A DNA stretch of 64,000 nucleotides, from the IMG/VR virus record IMGVR_UViG_3300008516_000159, one strand, 5' to 3'. Positions 42,826 to 55,088 of this stretch are shown here, piece by piece. The DNA comes from a virus. The number at the start of each line of letters is the position of its first letter. Position 1 is the stretch's first letter. A program made the position numbers and the translations under genes. The notes beneath the pieces are model-generated. The model did not search any database and was not told where the DNA came from. It worked only from the letters and a program-made list of their open reading frames with translations.

Positions 42826-43847
42826 ATGGATTTAGAAAAGTTTCTCAAGAGTCTGAATGAACAAGAACCAACCGTACGAAGAGCTCCGGCCCCTGCGGCA
42901 GTTGCTGGTCCAGCACCGGTTAGACAAGCAACAGTACAGCCAGGGGTTGTTCAACCAGCGGCTCCAGCAAGACAGGCCGCAGCTCCTCCACCTCCTCCTG
43001 CTCCCAAGGCTCAGGGATTTACAGATGCTCAAAAAAAGGAAGTAAAGGCTATCGTAGATAAAGCCATTGAAGATTTCATGAAAGGTCAAGTAGAAAAGGA
43101 ACTCTAATGAAATTCTCTGATATAGTCGAAGCTGGTGTCGACAAGTCTGTCAAAAGAGATGTCAAGCACACAGAAAGAGCAGTAAAACTAGTTGGCAAAC
43201 GCTTGTATGATACAGCCACGCAGGCTTCCTATTATCATAAGAAAATGAAAGAGCTAGAAAGAAAGAGGGCCAGCTTGAAGGACAGGGTGGCTGTTTCTAG
43301 AAAACCCACAAAAGACATAGGGGAAGTAGCAGCACTAGATCATGCCATAAAGGATTATAAGGTAAAGATCAGAGACATGGGAAGTAAAATCGGATCTTAC
43401 CTGGCCGCAATGCCTTTCGGTACCAAAAAACAATACTTGACTACCATTCAGAAAAGATTCCCTGAGATATATACTTTCTTAAGAGTAGAACCAAAACAAG
43501 AGCGCGCCGATCAATTAGCCAGGGACAAAGAGGCGCGGCCAGGAGAACAAGTGGCACCGGAGCAACAGCCTCCTGGCGAACCAAAAGAACTTATTGATAA
43601 AATGAGACGCGAAATAGTCGACCTCAAAAAACAGCTTGCCGACAAACCAGAAGCACAACCCGCAAACGAAATAAGAGACGCTTTAATTGGCACTCTCACA
43701 TCGGATATGTATGGATATGGTGTTCGAGAGAGCGAAGCGTTTGTAGATAAATGGCTCAAGGCCAACCCACCAAAACCAAACGAAAAAATCCAAGATATAC
43801 TACCACGATTTCTTGCCGACATGGCAGAACAAAAAAGCCTCGTTTGA
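42826..43847 (+). CDS. two possible virion-internal proteins (42826-43107 Pro/Ala-rich; 43107-43847)
   Basis: N-termini MDLEKFLKSLNE and MKFSDIVEA resemble T4-type capsid-targeting leaders. Confidence 0.4.
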
Positions 43848-43879
43848 TACATATATAACCAAAAAGAAAGGACATACAC

Positions 43880-44215
43880 ATGATTAAAGATTTCGATGAA
43901 ATTGTTGACGAATGCCGCGAGCTGCACCGCAAAAAGGGCAGCGACTACGCAAACGACAAGGATCCTTACCTCAACTTCAGGATTACCGGGCTGACCGGTA
44001 TATCGACCCGCCTCGTAGACAAAGCCGTTCGACTGTTCAATGTTTGGGAAAATAAAAAAATCAACGTTACCGACGAAACCATAGAGGATACCATCAAAGA
44101 TGTTATCGTTCTCGGCATAATAGCTCTCTCCTGGTTTCGAAACGAAGAGCAGGCTATGAAAGAGGTGCCAAAGCCCAAGGATTCCGGTGGCATCATTCAT
44201 CACGAGGACAAATAA
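43880..44215 (+). CDS. DUF1599 / MazG-like nucleotide-modification-associated all-alpha protein
   Basis: KKGSDYA, GISTRL.DK..RL, ETIEDTIKD. Confidence 0.7.
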   Translation: MIKDFDEIVDECRELHRKKGSDYANDKDPYLNFRITGLTGISTRLVDKAVRLFNVWENKKINVTDETIEDTIKDVIVLGIIALSWFRNEEQAMKEVPKPKDSGGIIHHEDK

Positions 44216-44720
44216 TGAGCAAAGAGATTAGCGAAGCAAGACGAGTAATGAGGGAAGCCTTCGATAAGGACGAGAATTTTAGGTTTGGATATGTAGCCAA
44301 TATATCCTGCCTAATTCACGACAAAATTTCGTGGGATAAAAAGAAATACGCACTGGTGCTGTTAGAGGACAATAAAGCAGGTTGGAGTTGGGCCGCAACA
44401 AACGAGCTGGCAGAAAAGATACTGGATTTAATCTTCTATGACAAAAGAAACTAAAAAAGCTAAAGACATACTCAAAGACAGATCGTTTAGAATAATCTAC
44501 CTTCGTGAAGATGACATTGTATTATACAAAGAAGACTACCCATCGTTTATTCCTAACAAAGGCGACGCGGTTCTACTCGATGGAAAACATTATGTCGTAA
44601 TCGACAGAACATTTTGCCCTGAGGAAAACAATGTATGTATATATGTCAATGATTATAACACTATAGCGACAAAAACAATTAAAGAGATGAAGCCGGTGCC
44701 ATATAGGGGTTCGCTATAAT

Positions 44721-45275
44721 ATGAAATGTGTGCGATGCCAGCTAGGACAAAGCAGGGAAGATAATAACTACGAAACAGTTTGGCATGATGGAAGTCCATC
44801 TGCCAAGATTATGATTGTAGGCGAAGCTCCCGGAAAAGAAGAGGCCGAGACAGGCAAGCCTTTTGTTGGCAGAGCGGGCAAGAAGCTTCGTTCAATACTG
44901 AAAGATTTTGTGGACCTCAAGAAAGATGTGTTCATTACCAATACTGTTCTGTGTAGGCCTCCCAATAATCGCAATCCTGAGATCTCCGAACAAGATGCCT
45001 GTTTTCCTCACCTAGAGGCGATGTTCTTTACCGTCAAACCAAGACTAGTAATGACAGTCGGCCGTGTTTCATCGGATTGGCTACTGAGAATAATTCATAA
45101 AGAATATAAGATATACGAAATGAAAGAGGCTACGTGGAATGATCATTGGTTTTTGTGGCTGCCCCTGTATCATCCCTCTTATCTGTTAAGAAAGCCCACC
45201 GCTGTAGAACCATTCGTAGCTTGTTTACAAAGATATAAAGGAATACTGGACAAGCTACGGACCCATGGCAATTAA
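44721..45275 (+). CDS. uracil-DNA glycosylase family 4 (Fe-S)
   Basis: CxxC, VGEAPG, PFVG.AG, N.V.CRPP.NR.P, YHPSY. Confidence 0.95.
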   Translation: MKCVRCQLGQSREDNNYETVWHDGSPSAKIMIVGEAPGKEEAETGKPFVGRAGKKLRSILKDFVDLKKDVFITNTVLCRPPNNRNPEISEQDACFPHLEAMFFTVKPRLVMTVGRVSSDWLLRIIHKEYKIYEMKEATWNDHWFLWLPLYHPSYLLRKPTAVEPFVACLQRYKGILDKLRTHGN

Positions 45276-45975
45276 ATACTACATCAACTTCGCAGACGAG
45301 TTGTTTATTCTCAAAGAGATAAAACTCGGAATAAGCCGCGTTAATGCAGAGGTAGTGTTTGCCACGGCCGATGTTCTATGGGCTCCTAAACTTCCTGACG
45401 GCAGCATTGGCGTATCAACAGACAACTGGCTCGATCTCTTCAAAGAGCCCAATGGTTTGCAAGATAAAAAGGAAATATTATTGGTAGCAATGGGAATATA
45501 AATGAGCCAAACAAAGTATTATATCAACCTTTCAGACGAAGTTATTATCCTCAGAGAGAAAAAACGCGACGAGAAGCATGTGAATACAGACGTATTATTT
45601 ACCACAGCGACGTCGATTAAATTCAACACACTTGATGACGGTAGTTTTAATGTGGGGGCTGGCCATTGGGATCACTCTTTTAGAGAACCTTATGGAATTA
45701 AAGATAAAAAGATTATACTGCGATATGTAGGAATATAAATGAACTCAGCCAGATACTATATCAATTTTTTACCCCGCGACGTTTTAATCGTCAGAAAAAA
45801 GAAACGTACTAAAGAACGCGTATATACGGATTTGTTGTTCACCTTCGGCGGTGATGTTCATGATTATTATATAACCAGCGATTTCACTGTATTAGTCCGG
45901 GACTGGGATCGATTTTTCACAGAGCCCAAGGGTGTTGAAGATAAAAAAGAGATACTACAAGCCATGGGAATATAA
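45265..45975 (+). repeat. three tandem 78-aa paralogs with an exact 237-bp period
   Basis: Starts at 45265, 45502, 45739 (next gene at 45976). Junction GGAATATAAATG repeated three times. Shared YYIN...KK.IL...GI. Confidence 0.9.
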
Positions 45976-46875
45976 ATGGAAAACACAAGGTACATCTGGA
46001 GAGTATTAAACTTTAGTCCGCCAGAAATAATTTTATACAAAGAAACAAAAGACAATAACTTCAAAGTAGTGTATACTGACGATGATAAGTTCTTTCCTGT
46101 AGGCTTTCAGCACTATAGAAAATTCATATTGCCAGTCGCCTTTACATTTTACCTAGAGAATGAAGACAAAAAAAGAATGATACACCTCAAATTTTCAGGC
46201 GAATTGTGGCCACAAAGTTAAATGGAAACTAAACCCGGTGAAATCAGATATCATAAAAAGCTAGGCATCAAAGTAAAGTACTTGGGCACCCTTGACCATG
46301 TTTGGTATGACGTCAGCGTAAAAATGATACCTCCAGCCGTTCATAAAATGTATGATATAACGAAAACGACAGGAGAAATCCCACAGTGGGAATGGCATAA
46401 ACACTGGACCACTGATGATCCAAAACTTTCTTCTGAAGAGATATTGAGGTCGGTAAAGATAATGAAACTTTTATGGCGGTTAGATAAGATCCCCGATAAA
46501 TACTCTGTTTACTACTTACAGAGGCGGACATGAAAATAGAGCCAGGAACAACAGGATATTATGCGTTCACTGGAAATGGAACATTCGAATGGCACGCACT
46601 ATAAAAATTCGGGTATGGTACGAACAAAATAAAGACAGCTCAATCTTTACTGTCGGCGAAAAAGAACAGGACATGCCGAACGAAAACGTATCGATAAAAA
46701 TATTACTATCCAACGAAACTCAAGCTAGCACCATGGTCGAAAGGGATGTAGCCTGGGATTACGGCTGGTATCCTAAACTTTTAGAAAAAGATAGCCACTA
46801 TACCAGTAATATTAAAAAGATAATCATAAGTAAATCAATATTTAAACCAGAACATAAACTACATGGAGATTTATA

Positions 46876-47604
46876 ATGGATCTCGGTAAAATTAAACCCG
46901 AAAAAATAAAGACAGATTCGGTCGACAAAATAGATGATTTTGAAAACGACCAACTAGGAGCACTAAAACAGAGGAGAGTATGGCTCTCGATGCGCGATGA
47001 AGTAGTTAAAGCTTTAAGACATGCGGAGGCAAAAATCGCGAGGGCCAAAGCTATGAAGAAGCCAATCAAACGTGTTGCAGAATTGGCTAAAGAGATCAGG
47101 GGAGCAAAAAAAGAAGAAGCTAAAAAGAAATCCAGCAAGAACCTCAAGGAATTTATGGAACAATATGTAGGCCAGTTCCAGTTTAAAAAGGGCAATTCTG
47201 CGTTGGGTTTCTCTCGAGGCCACAGCAATTCGATTTATAACAAATATGGCTTTGACCAAGAAAATCTTAAAGTAGAAGATTTGGAAGCCATCAAAGAGTT
47301 TGTTGTTTACGCGAAAGGCCTCGTGAAAAAGGATAATAAAGACGTTCACGCTTTAATGGACGTCTGGACAAAAGCTCTGGATAGGACGATTGCAGATTGG
47401 CCAAAATCATTTGACGATTATGGCAAGGAAATTGTCAGTGAAATACTAGATGCCCTATTTGAGCTCGAAGACACCAGAGAAGAAAAAGAAAAATATATGG
47501 ATAAAGTAGATCTCGTAACCTCTCCTATGAATGATTCGGATTTTGTAGTTGCGAAAAAAGCAACGCCTCCGCTTCAAACCAAGGGAGACTACGAGAAATA
47601 CTAA
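46876..47604 (+). CDS. hypothetical protein (242 aa)
   Basis: Long helical, charged ORF with a GGAG SD. Confidence 0.65.
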   Translation: MDLGKIKPEKIKTDSVDKIDDFENDQLGALKQRRVWLSMRDEVVKALRHAEAKIARAKAMKKPIKRVAELAKEIRGAKKEEAKKKSSKNLKEFMEQYVGQFQFKKGNSALGFSRGHSNSIYNKYGFDQENLKVEDLEAIKEFVVYAKGLVKKDNKDVHALMDVWTKALDRTIADWPKSFDDYGKEIVSEILDALFELEDTREEKEKYMDKVDLVTSPMNDSDFVVAKKATPPLQTKGDYEKY

Positions 47605-48755
47605 TGAACAAAATCAGCCAATACTTACGTAACAAAGAACTTACGCCGTGTGACCTGAAAACTCTGATACATTACATTGAAATAATTAGAGATATCGTCA
47701 ATTTGCCAGATGATATAGATCAGCTATCTGAAATTGCCGGGCTTGTAGCAGAAGAGCCCGGTGATTTGCTTGATGAAGCTGCTAGGAGAGTTGTAATTGA
47801 TGTATTAGATGCTTTAGATCAGGTAGATATTGATAGTGCTATTGCGGAATGTGACAACGATGACAACATTAGTCTTAATAATGGCGACTGGGATTAATAA
47901 CCGCGGCGCTCAATCTTTACGTCCCTCAAAGGCTTGCCGAACAAACATCTTTTTGGCTTTCAAAGGCGTATGGCTAAAGTTGGATAAACGATCTTGATCA
48001 TAATTTCCAGGTAATATCAACCCCTCCTTGTGGCTTGTGTATATGTTTTTAACAACTCTATAAGTGACAAGAGTTTCTATGCCGCTCCCAATCATTACAG
48101 ATATCTTGCCTTTGTCTATCACGACATAAAGCACGTTCTGCATGTTCTCAGCCTCGATATAGGCCGCAAGCACTCTGTAAATTATATCACCTCTTTTAAA
48201 TGGTTTCATGTTTGTTCGCCTTCTATATTGTGCCGAAACGCTCGAAGTATTGCTCCTCTTTTTGCTTTTCTTAAAGTAGAATATACAGTTTGCGTCGGAG
48301 CCTCGTCATAGTCGCCTACTTTTAAGGCCTCCACACCGCTGAGTTTGCATAGCATACTCTTGATGATAGTAAAACCTACTACATCCTGATGGACTTCTGG
48401 GTCGTCTATTCTCACTTTCTCGATCGCGATACCGGTTACAGAAAACTTGGGATGAAAGCTGGCAAATGTTCTGTATGCAACATCACCCTTTTTCATTCTG
48501 AGTACCACCAAAACAATCGACTTATGATAACGAGTTTGACTTCGATTAAGATCTTATAAAGATTATCCGTGTGAGCTTTTGAAAAATCTCCGGGTCCTAA
48601 AGCAAAGCCTTTTGCTTTGGGAGAGGCATACAACGAATCTTTTATACGTAGAGATGCCAACTCTATGCCTTCGGGGCTGTTTAATAGTTCAGCTCTTGAT
48701 ACCTCCAGCATAGACGGCGAAGACGCACTTATTAAATAAACTAAATCTCCTTGTC

Positions 48756-49923
48756 TCATTGTCCCACATCATCTAATGATAGTCTTATAAGCTCTTTTTT
48801 TGCATCCTGAGGATTGTCAGGAAAACGATAGAACTCCATTACAATCAGATTACCTTCTTGATACTCTCCGAAACTCTCGTCGTCTATACTTTGATATATT
48901 ATTTTGGTTATCTCTGCATCAGCATGACGGCTCGCTGGATAAACCTTAAGCATATCTACTTCTAATAACACCGCGACCGCATCCCGCGGATTACCATATA
49001 CATAGTATCGTTTTCCGGGAGTGTCGTCGTAGTAATGTTTGCGCATTAGTTTCACATCAGTGCTCCACCAAAGTTTAAATGAATAAATAACTTTTTGGCC
49101 TCAAGCAAGCTGTCTGGTAACATTTTAATATACGATATATATCTCTCCTTACTGACCTCTATCTTTCTGTCTAGACCTTTGTAAAAAAGCGCTTTATCCA
49201 CCACATATGTTGCGTCACGGCTAGCCACGCTAGTAATTTTTACGCGGAATGCATATTGCTTGTCTTGCTTCGGATGGGCATAAACATACCATCTCATGTC
49301 GCCTTTTTCTGGTCTAGGATATTTAAATAGCATACTGTTCTTCCGCTTATTTTATTGGCCGACATCATCTAACGACAGTCTTACAAGTTCTTTCTTTGCG
49401 TCTTGAGGAGTCTCTGGAAGATGATAGAAAAGTGCCATGAACGTATACCCCTCTTCGTAAACGCTAAATACGCCGGGAGTTTGATATATCACCTTGGTGA
49501 CTTTACAATAAACTTGATCGCTCGTGGGATGGACTTCATGAATCTCTATCTCTAATAATGTAGCACGAGCATCCCACGGATTGCCATACAAATAATATCG
49601 TTTTCCTGGAGTATCGTCAGGATAATACTTGCGCATTAACTTCACATAAATACTCCTTCGAAACGCGCACGAATAAACAGCTGTTTTGCCTCAAACGCGG
49701 TTTCAGGTAAATGTCGCTTCCATGGGATTTCGAATGCTTCCCCAATGCTGCTTGGAGAATTGACGCTATAGATCACTTCTTCAACAGTAACATCGGCCAT
49801 ATCATCACCAACGTCGTCAATCACAACATCTAATATAAATGCTGATGAACGCTCCGCCGAGTGAGCATATACACACCATCTATTTTTGCCTTTTTTGGGT
49901 CTTGGATAATTTAATAATGGCAT
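48756..49923 (-). repeat. duplicated two-gene module (B-A-B-A)
   Basis: 48756-49055 resembles 49352-49645 (MKLMRK.Y.DDTPGKRYY.YGNP...RLSLDDVGQ). 49052-49333 resembles 49642-49923 (YPRP.KG..RW.VYAH). Confidence 0.9.
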
Positions 49924-49945
49924 TCAATATTCCATGACATATAAT

Positions 49946-50297
49946 TGGAGCCGGGGAGGTTCGAACTCCCGTCCCTCGAATATTCACTTTGAAACACTAC
50001 ATGCTTAGCCCTGCTGCGGGATTCGGTTATTAATTCACAGGACGAAACGTCATAACCTAGCCTAACTTGTTTTTCGCTTTTGAATCGGTATTGGCTTCGG
50101 TTCAAATAGCATAGTCTCCGTTTCTGACGCCCTATTTCTCACCAGAGACAATAAGAAATAGAACGGCTGCTTAATTAAGCAGCAAGTGCAAGTGTTTCGT
50201 TAGCAACTATAGTTTGAATGGTCTTTTAAAGAGCCTTACCAAACTCTGCATGCGTCTCAAAGATCATCATCCCAGGTCGAATCCAAATGTCGGCCCC
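49946..50297 (-). ncRNA. ssrA: tmRNA, tag (A)ANETLALAA
   Basis: 5' GGGGCCG and 3' CGGCTCCA acceptor stem with G3:U70. T-arm GGGAG-TTCGAAC-CTCCC. Tag ORF at 50175-50204, preceded by ATAGTT and followed by a stem. Confidence 0.97.
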
Positions 50298-53200
50298 GTC
50301 ATCATTATCTATGTCCTAAAGTGGCTTTAATTATGTTGTATTTAAATCTTTTCTGTTCATTGATCGCGTTCATTATCTTTTTAAGTTCTTCGGTAGTCGG
50401 CCTGACTACGGCACGTCGCGGACTAATCTGTACTCTCTCGGTGCGATCATATCGCCCATAAAGAGAGGCCCACCATTCTGTTCCATATGAAGAAGGCACA
50501 TATGTACCAATTTTAATTACTGCCGGCCACCCATATTTATTACCTGAATCGATTAGATATACAAATAGCTCACGATATTTTGCCGGACCTTTTTGTTTTT
50601 CATCTATTATAATTTCACCAGTTTTGAACTTCATTCATCAACCCATTAAATCAAATATGTCTTGTATAATACTTATTTTTTTACGCGGCGTAGTGCGCCT
50701 GGCGTACGGCTTCAATTGAGGCCACGAATCGATATGAGCAAAACCTTGATAATTAATATTTGTCCCCATTACTTCTGGCTTTCTTCTGGCAGAATATAAA
50801 AGATTCTCGAACTTTTTGCGGCTCGCTCTGCCTATCTGTACCACTAGTCTCACATTGTACGTGCGCGACTTGGACATAAGTACTCCAATGTACAGAAATA
50901 CCCTTCCGGAAGTGTGTTGTTTCCAGACTATTATATCACCCGTTTTAAATTTCAAACCTATATGCCTCTCACGGTCGATATCATTATATGTGTCTCATAA
51001 GAATCGTTACAATATTCTTTTTCAAACGAACGGTTTTTTTTATTTTATCGTTAATCATTTTCATTTCTTTGGCCGTAGGCTTCTCAACTGCCCGACCATG
51101 ACTGATTAATACATATCTTATGTTCCCCAGGCGATCGTCTATAGAAACCCAATCATCTGTACTATATTTTCCGGCAGAAATAAATCCGCCAATTCTTACT
51201 ACATTATGCATAGTTGCTCCTGAATAAATTAAAACAAATATCCCTCGCGATATATTTCGCGGGTCACGCGGCGAAGTGTCTTTTTCATCAATTAATATAT
51301 CGCCTGTCTTAAATTTCATATTTAGGTTCCTTTCGCAGCTCGATCAAACATACTAGCCACGATGTCACCTTTGTGACGTGCTTTGCGGACTTCTTGCTTC
51401 AATCTTTTAAAAAGGTCTAAATCCATTATTTTAGTTGATTTCGTAATATTATTTCCTGAGAACACTACCGTTTTTCGTTCATACGTATCCTTGGTTTTTC
51501 TGGCAATACTGTATAGAACCAGCCAGATACGGTCTCCTTTATGGCTCTTGAGATAGGGGTATATAAAATAATATATCATTTTATTTTTTTGACCTAAATA
51601 TTCTTTCGATAATAAAACGCTTGTCGCCTGTGGCCGAGGCTCTGCCATTGGTTATCTCAAAAAAACTTGGAACGCCTTCGGTGCCGGTTTCGTTAAGTAT
51701 ACCAAAAATCACTTTAACTATTGGCCCTGAATACGCGGTGCGGCCCACAACCTGGACGATATCATTCCAAGTAGTTTTCTCTATAACAGGACTGTATTCT
51801 CTATAATAGAACACTGAACCGATCTGCAATTGGTCAATATCTTCGCTTGACAAATATTTCATTTCACTATATTATTCCCTCGGTAGTAAAATATTCCTTC
51901 ACTACGGTTTTTTTTATCTTGCTGCTTTTTGCCCGCGTCATCTGTTGTTTTAATAACTGCATATCTTCATCTTTTATCAGGCCTCGTATTCCTGCCGGAT
52001 GTATCGCAGCAATACTCAAATCATGACGATCGCCGTATACAAATACCTGTTTTTTATCGAGCCTATGGGCGATGTTAAACCCTACAAACCAATCATCGTG
52101 AGAAGATGTATACAGATATACCCAAAATTCATCATCTAGACGTTCGTATATATAACCCGTTTTAAATTTCAATTTTTATTTCCAACTCGGCGCGGCAAAA
52201 AGACCCGCTATGAACCCTTGCTTGGTGCTGCGCTCGAAGTGTAGTCTGGCTACATAATCTATCACTATGATGTTTTTCTTGATATCCAGCGGCTCTCCTT
52301 CAAAAGCTTCGACCTTAAAAACGCGCATATCGCCTAGCGAAGTTTCCCCAGTACGATAAAAAACTATAAACATTTTTGTTTTTTGTGGACCACTTTTTGA
52401 AAATAATGTATAAAAAATTTCCATTATGATGCCTTTCCAAATACATCTTTCACAAAGCTTTTTTTCGTGCCTTTAGTCATCATTATTGTCGTATGAAAAA
52501 CTGATTCATGATATAATCCTTTGCGCCATTTTTTATCTTGCGCGCTCCACCAAACACGATTGACCTTAAGTTTCCCGCTATCCAACGTCTTAATAACACG
52601 AGCCATAGTTATATGTGGCTGTACTAAATAATAGATTACCATCGTTTGAAGAAGTCCTTGATAAATGTTTGTTTGGTGCCTTTTGTCCAAAAGGCGGGAT
52701 CCGTTATGTCTTTGAGAGGAAAGTCAGTTACCATATGATATATCTTGCCTCCTCTTCTAAAATCTACAGCGTCTATATCGAAGCTTCCCGATCTTTTTTG
52801 TCTTATGATACTATGAAGCGCAATTGTTCTTGACGGTGTCGTTGAGCCAAAATCATAATATAGTTCTAATGCCATTACTTATACATCCTTTAAAAGAACG
52901 CCATTTGGGTCCCACATCTTTTCTCTCAGAGCTTCGCCTTGTTTGTTATAACTGGTGTCAAAATTAATTTGGCCGCTGCTCCAGTATATTTTCCAATCTC
53001 CTACACGAATGCGGCCCCGGGCGTCGTCTTTAAGCTGACCGTATTGAAACACGTTTAGGTTCTCATGAGTTGATAAAAACCATCCGCACCGATAAGGCCC
53101 CTTAAAGCCATTTCGTTGTGATGCGTATATTGACACTCCCTTGCCATGCTTTTCGAAAAAATATTTTATGGCGTTGGTTTTATTCATGTTCTTTCCTTTT

Positions 53201-53308
53201 TATTATCTTTGAAGCATACATACTTAAAAGGTTCCCCAAGATAAATTAAAGAAAAGGTCACTGACCTTCCCTTTTTTTTGCCTAAATTTTTTTTGCTCCG
53301 GAGGTAAC

Positions 53309-55081
53309 ATGCTCTTCTTGGGTGTAGAAATAAAAAACCGTTCAGTATTAGCATCCGGCATTTTAGGCTTATCGGCCGCGGCACTATCAAGAGTTCACAA
53401 AGAAGGAGCTGGCATAGTCACCAGTAAATCTATCGGACCTAAAAAAAGAGCGGGCCACCATGGCCCTGTTGTGTTTGACTGGGGCGAGGGACTGGTGAAT
53501 GCTGTCGGTTTATCTAATCCGGGCATAGACGCTTTTATCACACAATTCGAAAGATGCGATATAAACTTTCCTGTAATCATTTCCATATACGGCTCAATAG
53601 AAGAAGACTTTGAAATCATAGCTGAAAAACTCAAAAGGATCCGTCATGATTTCATAGAGCTTAACCTTTCCTGCCCCAACACATTAACTGAATTCGGCAC
53701 ACCCTTTGCCTACTCTGCTGCGGCAACCGCGGTTATTGTAAATGGGGTCAAGAGAGCGACAGACAAGCCCGTCATCGCCAAACTCAGCCCAAACACAAGC
53801 GAATTGAACAATATAGCCAAAGCTGCTGAGGCAGCTGGAGCAGACGCGCTATGTGTAATGAACAGTGTGGGTCCTGGTATGATTATAGATACCAACACCG
53901 CGGTGCCTGTGCTAGGAAATAAAATGGGCGGTGTTTCAGGCAAGGCTATACTGCCGTTAACTATCAAAAATGTGCATGAGCTATATAAAAAAGTCAGAAT
54001 TCCAATTATAGGCACAGGCGGCGTCACAGATACAGATAGCGCGCTGCAAGTATTAATGGCTGGCGCTACACTATATGGCATCGGCAGTGCGATTTATCAA
54101 AGAGACCTTGGTGTGTTCAAAGAAATAGATAATGGCATTCACCAGTTCATGGTAAACAATAACATAACAGAAAGTGAGGAATTGATTGGTCTATCTCACA
54201 AGCAAGCTATACATTCCTTTTATCAGACGACACATAAAAAACATCACTCCAAAATGGCTGTCCTGCCTATTACCGAAATAGAAAGGGATAATAGTGATAA
54301 AATTATTACCGTATATTTTGATGCTCACGAACTAAAAGAGTACCAGCGAAATCCAACACAGCCATTGCCGGGACAGTTCTACATGTTATGGCTTCCTGAG
54401 GCAGATCAAAAGCCATATTCTGTGTCATACTATAACGACGGACGCATTGGCTTTACGGTCAAACTAAGAGGTTGCTTTTCCAAGAAACTGTTTGAGGCCA
54501 AAGAAGGAGATCCCATAGGATTGTTGGGACCATTGGGCAGTCCATTCGGTCTGGATTATGATAACTATTTATTGGTAGGCGGCGGTATTGGCTGTGCACC
54601 TATGTTGTTTGCCGCGGCAGAGTTATATAAATCTGGTAAAAAGTTCAATCTATTCGTAGGTGCTGAAGAAAAACCATGGCTGAAGTGGGTTGAGCCTCTA
54701 TTAAACAAGACTGTACCGTGTAGTAAAGATTTAATTACGTACTGCACTGAAGACGGCTCGTGGGGCCACAAAGGTATGATAACAGATTGGTTGAAATACA
54801 CAGTCAAACGCGAAAAACCTGATTATACATTATTATGCGGCCCTGAACTGTTCACCAAGAAAGCTATTCACATACTCACAGACATGAAAATGCTTGGTCA
54901 AGCAAGCATAGAGCGCATGATGAAATGCGGCATCGGTATCTGCGGTTCCTGTTCAGTAGATCACACAGGAGATCGCGTCTGCGTTGAAGGACCTATGTTT
55001 GACTTTGATTACCTGCTACAAATGAAAGAGTTTGGTTCTTACTTTATGGATGAAACCGGCGCGGTAATCCAGCAAAGATAA
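53309..55081 (+). CDS. pyrD: dihydroorotate dehydrogenase family 1B fused to its electron-transfer subunit (PyrD-PyrK)
   Basis: NAVGLSNPG, ELNLSCPN, KLSPN, GGVSG, IGTGG, then PGQF, GPLG, GGGIG, MKCGIGICGSC...VCVEGP. Strong GGAGG SD. Confidence 0.95.
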   Translation: MLFLGVEIKNRSVLASGILGLSAAALSRVHKEGAGIVTSKSIGPKKRAGHHGPVVFDWGEGLVNAVGLSNPGIDAFITQFERCDINFPVIISIYGSIEEDFEIIAEKLKRIRHDFIELNLSCPNTLTEFGTPFAYSAAATAVIVNGVKRATDKPVIAKLSPNTSELNNIAKAAEAAGADALCVMNSVGPGMIIDTNTAVPVLGNKMGGVSGKAILPLTIKNVHELYKKVRIPIIGTGGVTDTDSALQVLMAGATLYGIGSAIYQRDLGVFKEIDNGIHQFMVNNNITESEELIGLSHKQAIHSFYQTTHKKHHSKMAVLPITEIERDNSDKIITVYFDAHELKEYQRNPTQPLPGQFYMLWLPEADQKPYSVSYYNDGRIGFTVKLRGCFSKKLFEAKEGDPIGLLGPLGSPFGLDYDNYLLVGGGIGCAPMLFAAAELYKSGKKFNLFVGAEEKPWLKWVEPLLNKTVPCSKDLITYCTEDGSWGHKGMITDWLKYTVKREKPDYTLLCGPELFTKKAIHILTDMKMLGQASIERMMKCGIGICGSCSVDHTGDRVCVEGPMFDFDYLLQMKEFGSYFMDETGAVIQQR

Positions 55082-55088
55082 CTCTGTC

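Larger units (their letters stand above)
47910..52875 (-). other. cluster of 15 small (80-110 aa) paralog-like genes with KOW/SH3-like N-termini and a shared C-terminal helix
   Basis: N-termini such as MKFKTG, KRGDII, KKGDVA; C-termini K-[KQR]-x-hydrophobic-hydrophobic-x-x-hydrophobic-F. Confidence 0.75.

Noticed and set aside
49911-50105. 64-aa ORF in the track
   Set aside because: It lies within the tmRNA gene and is most likely spurious.
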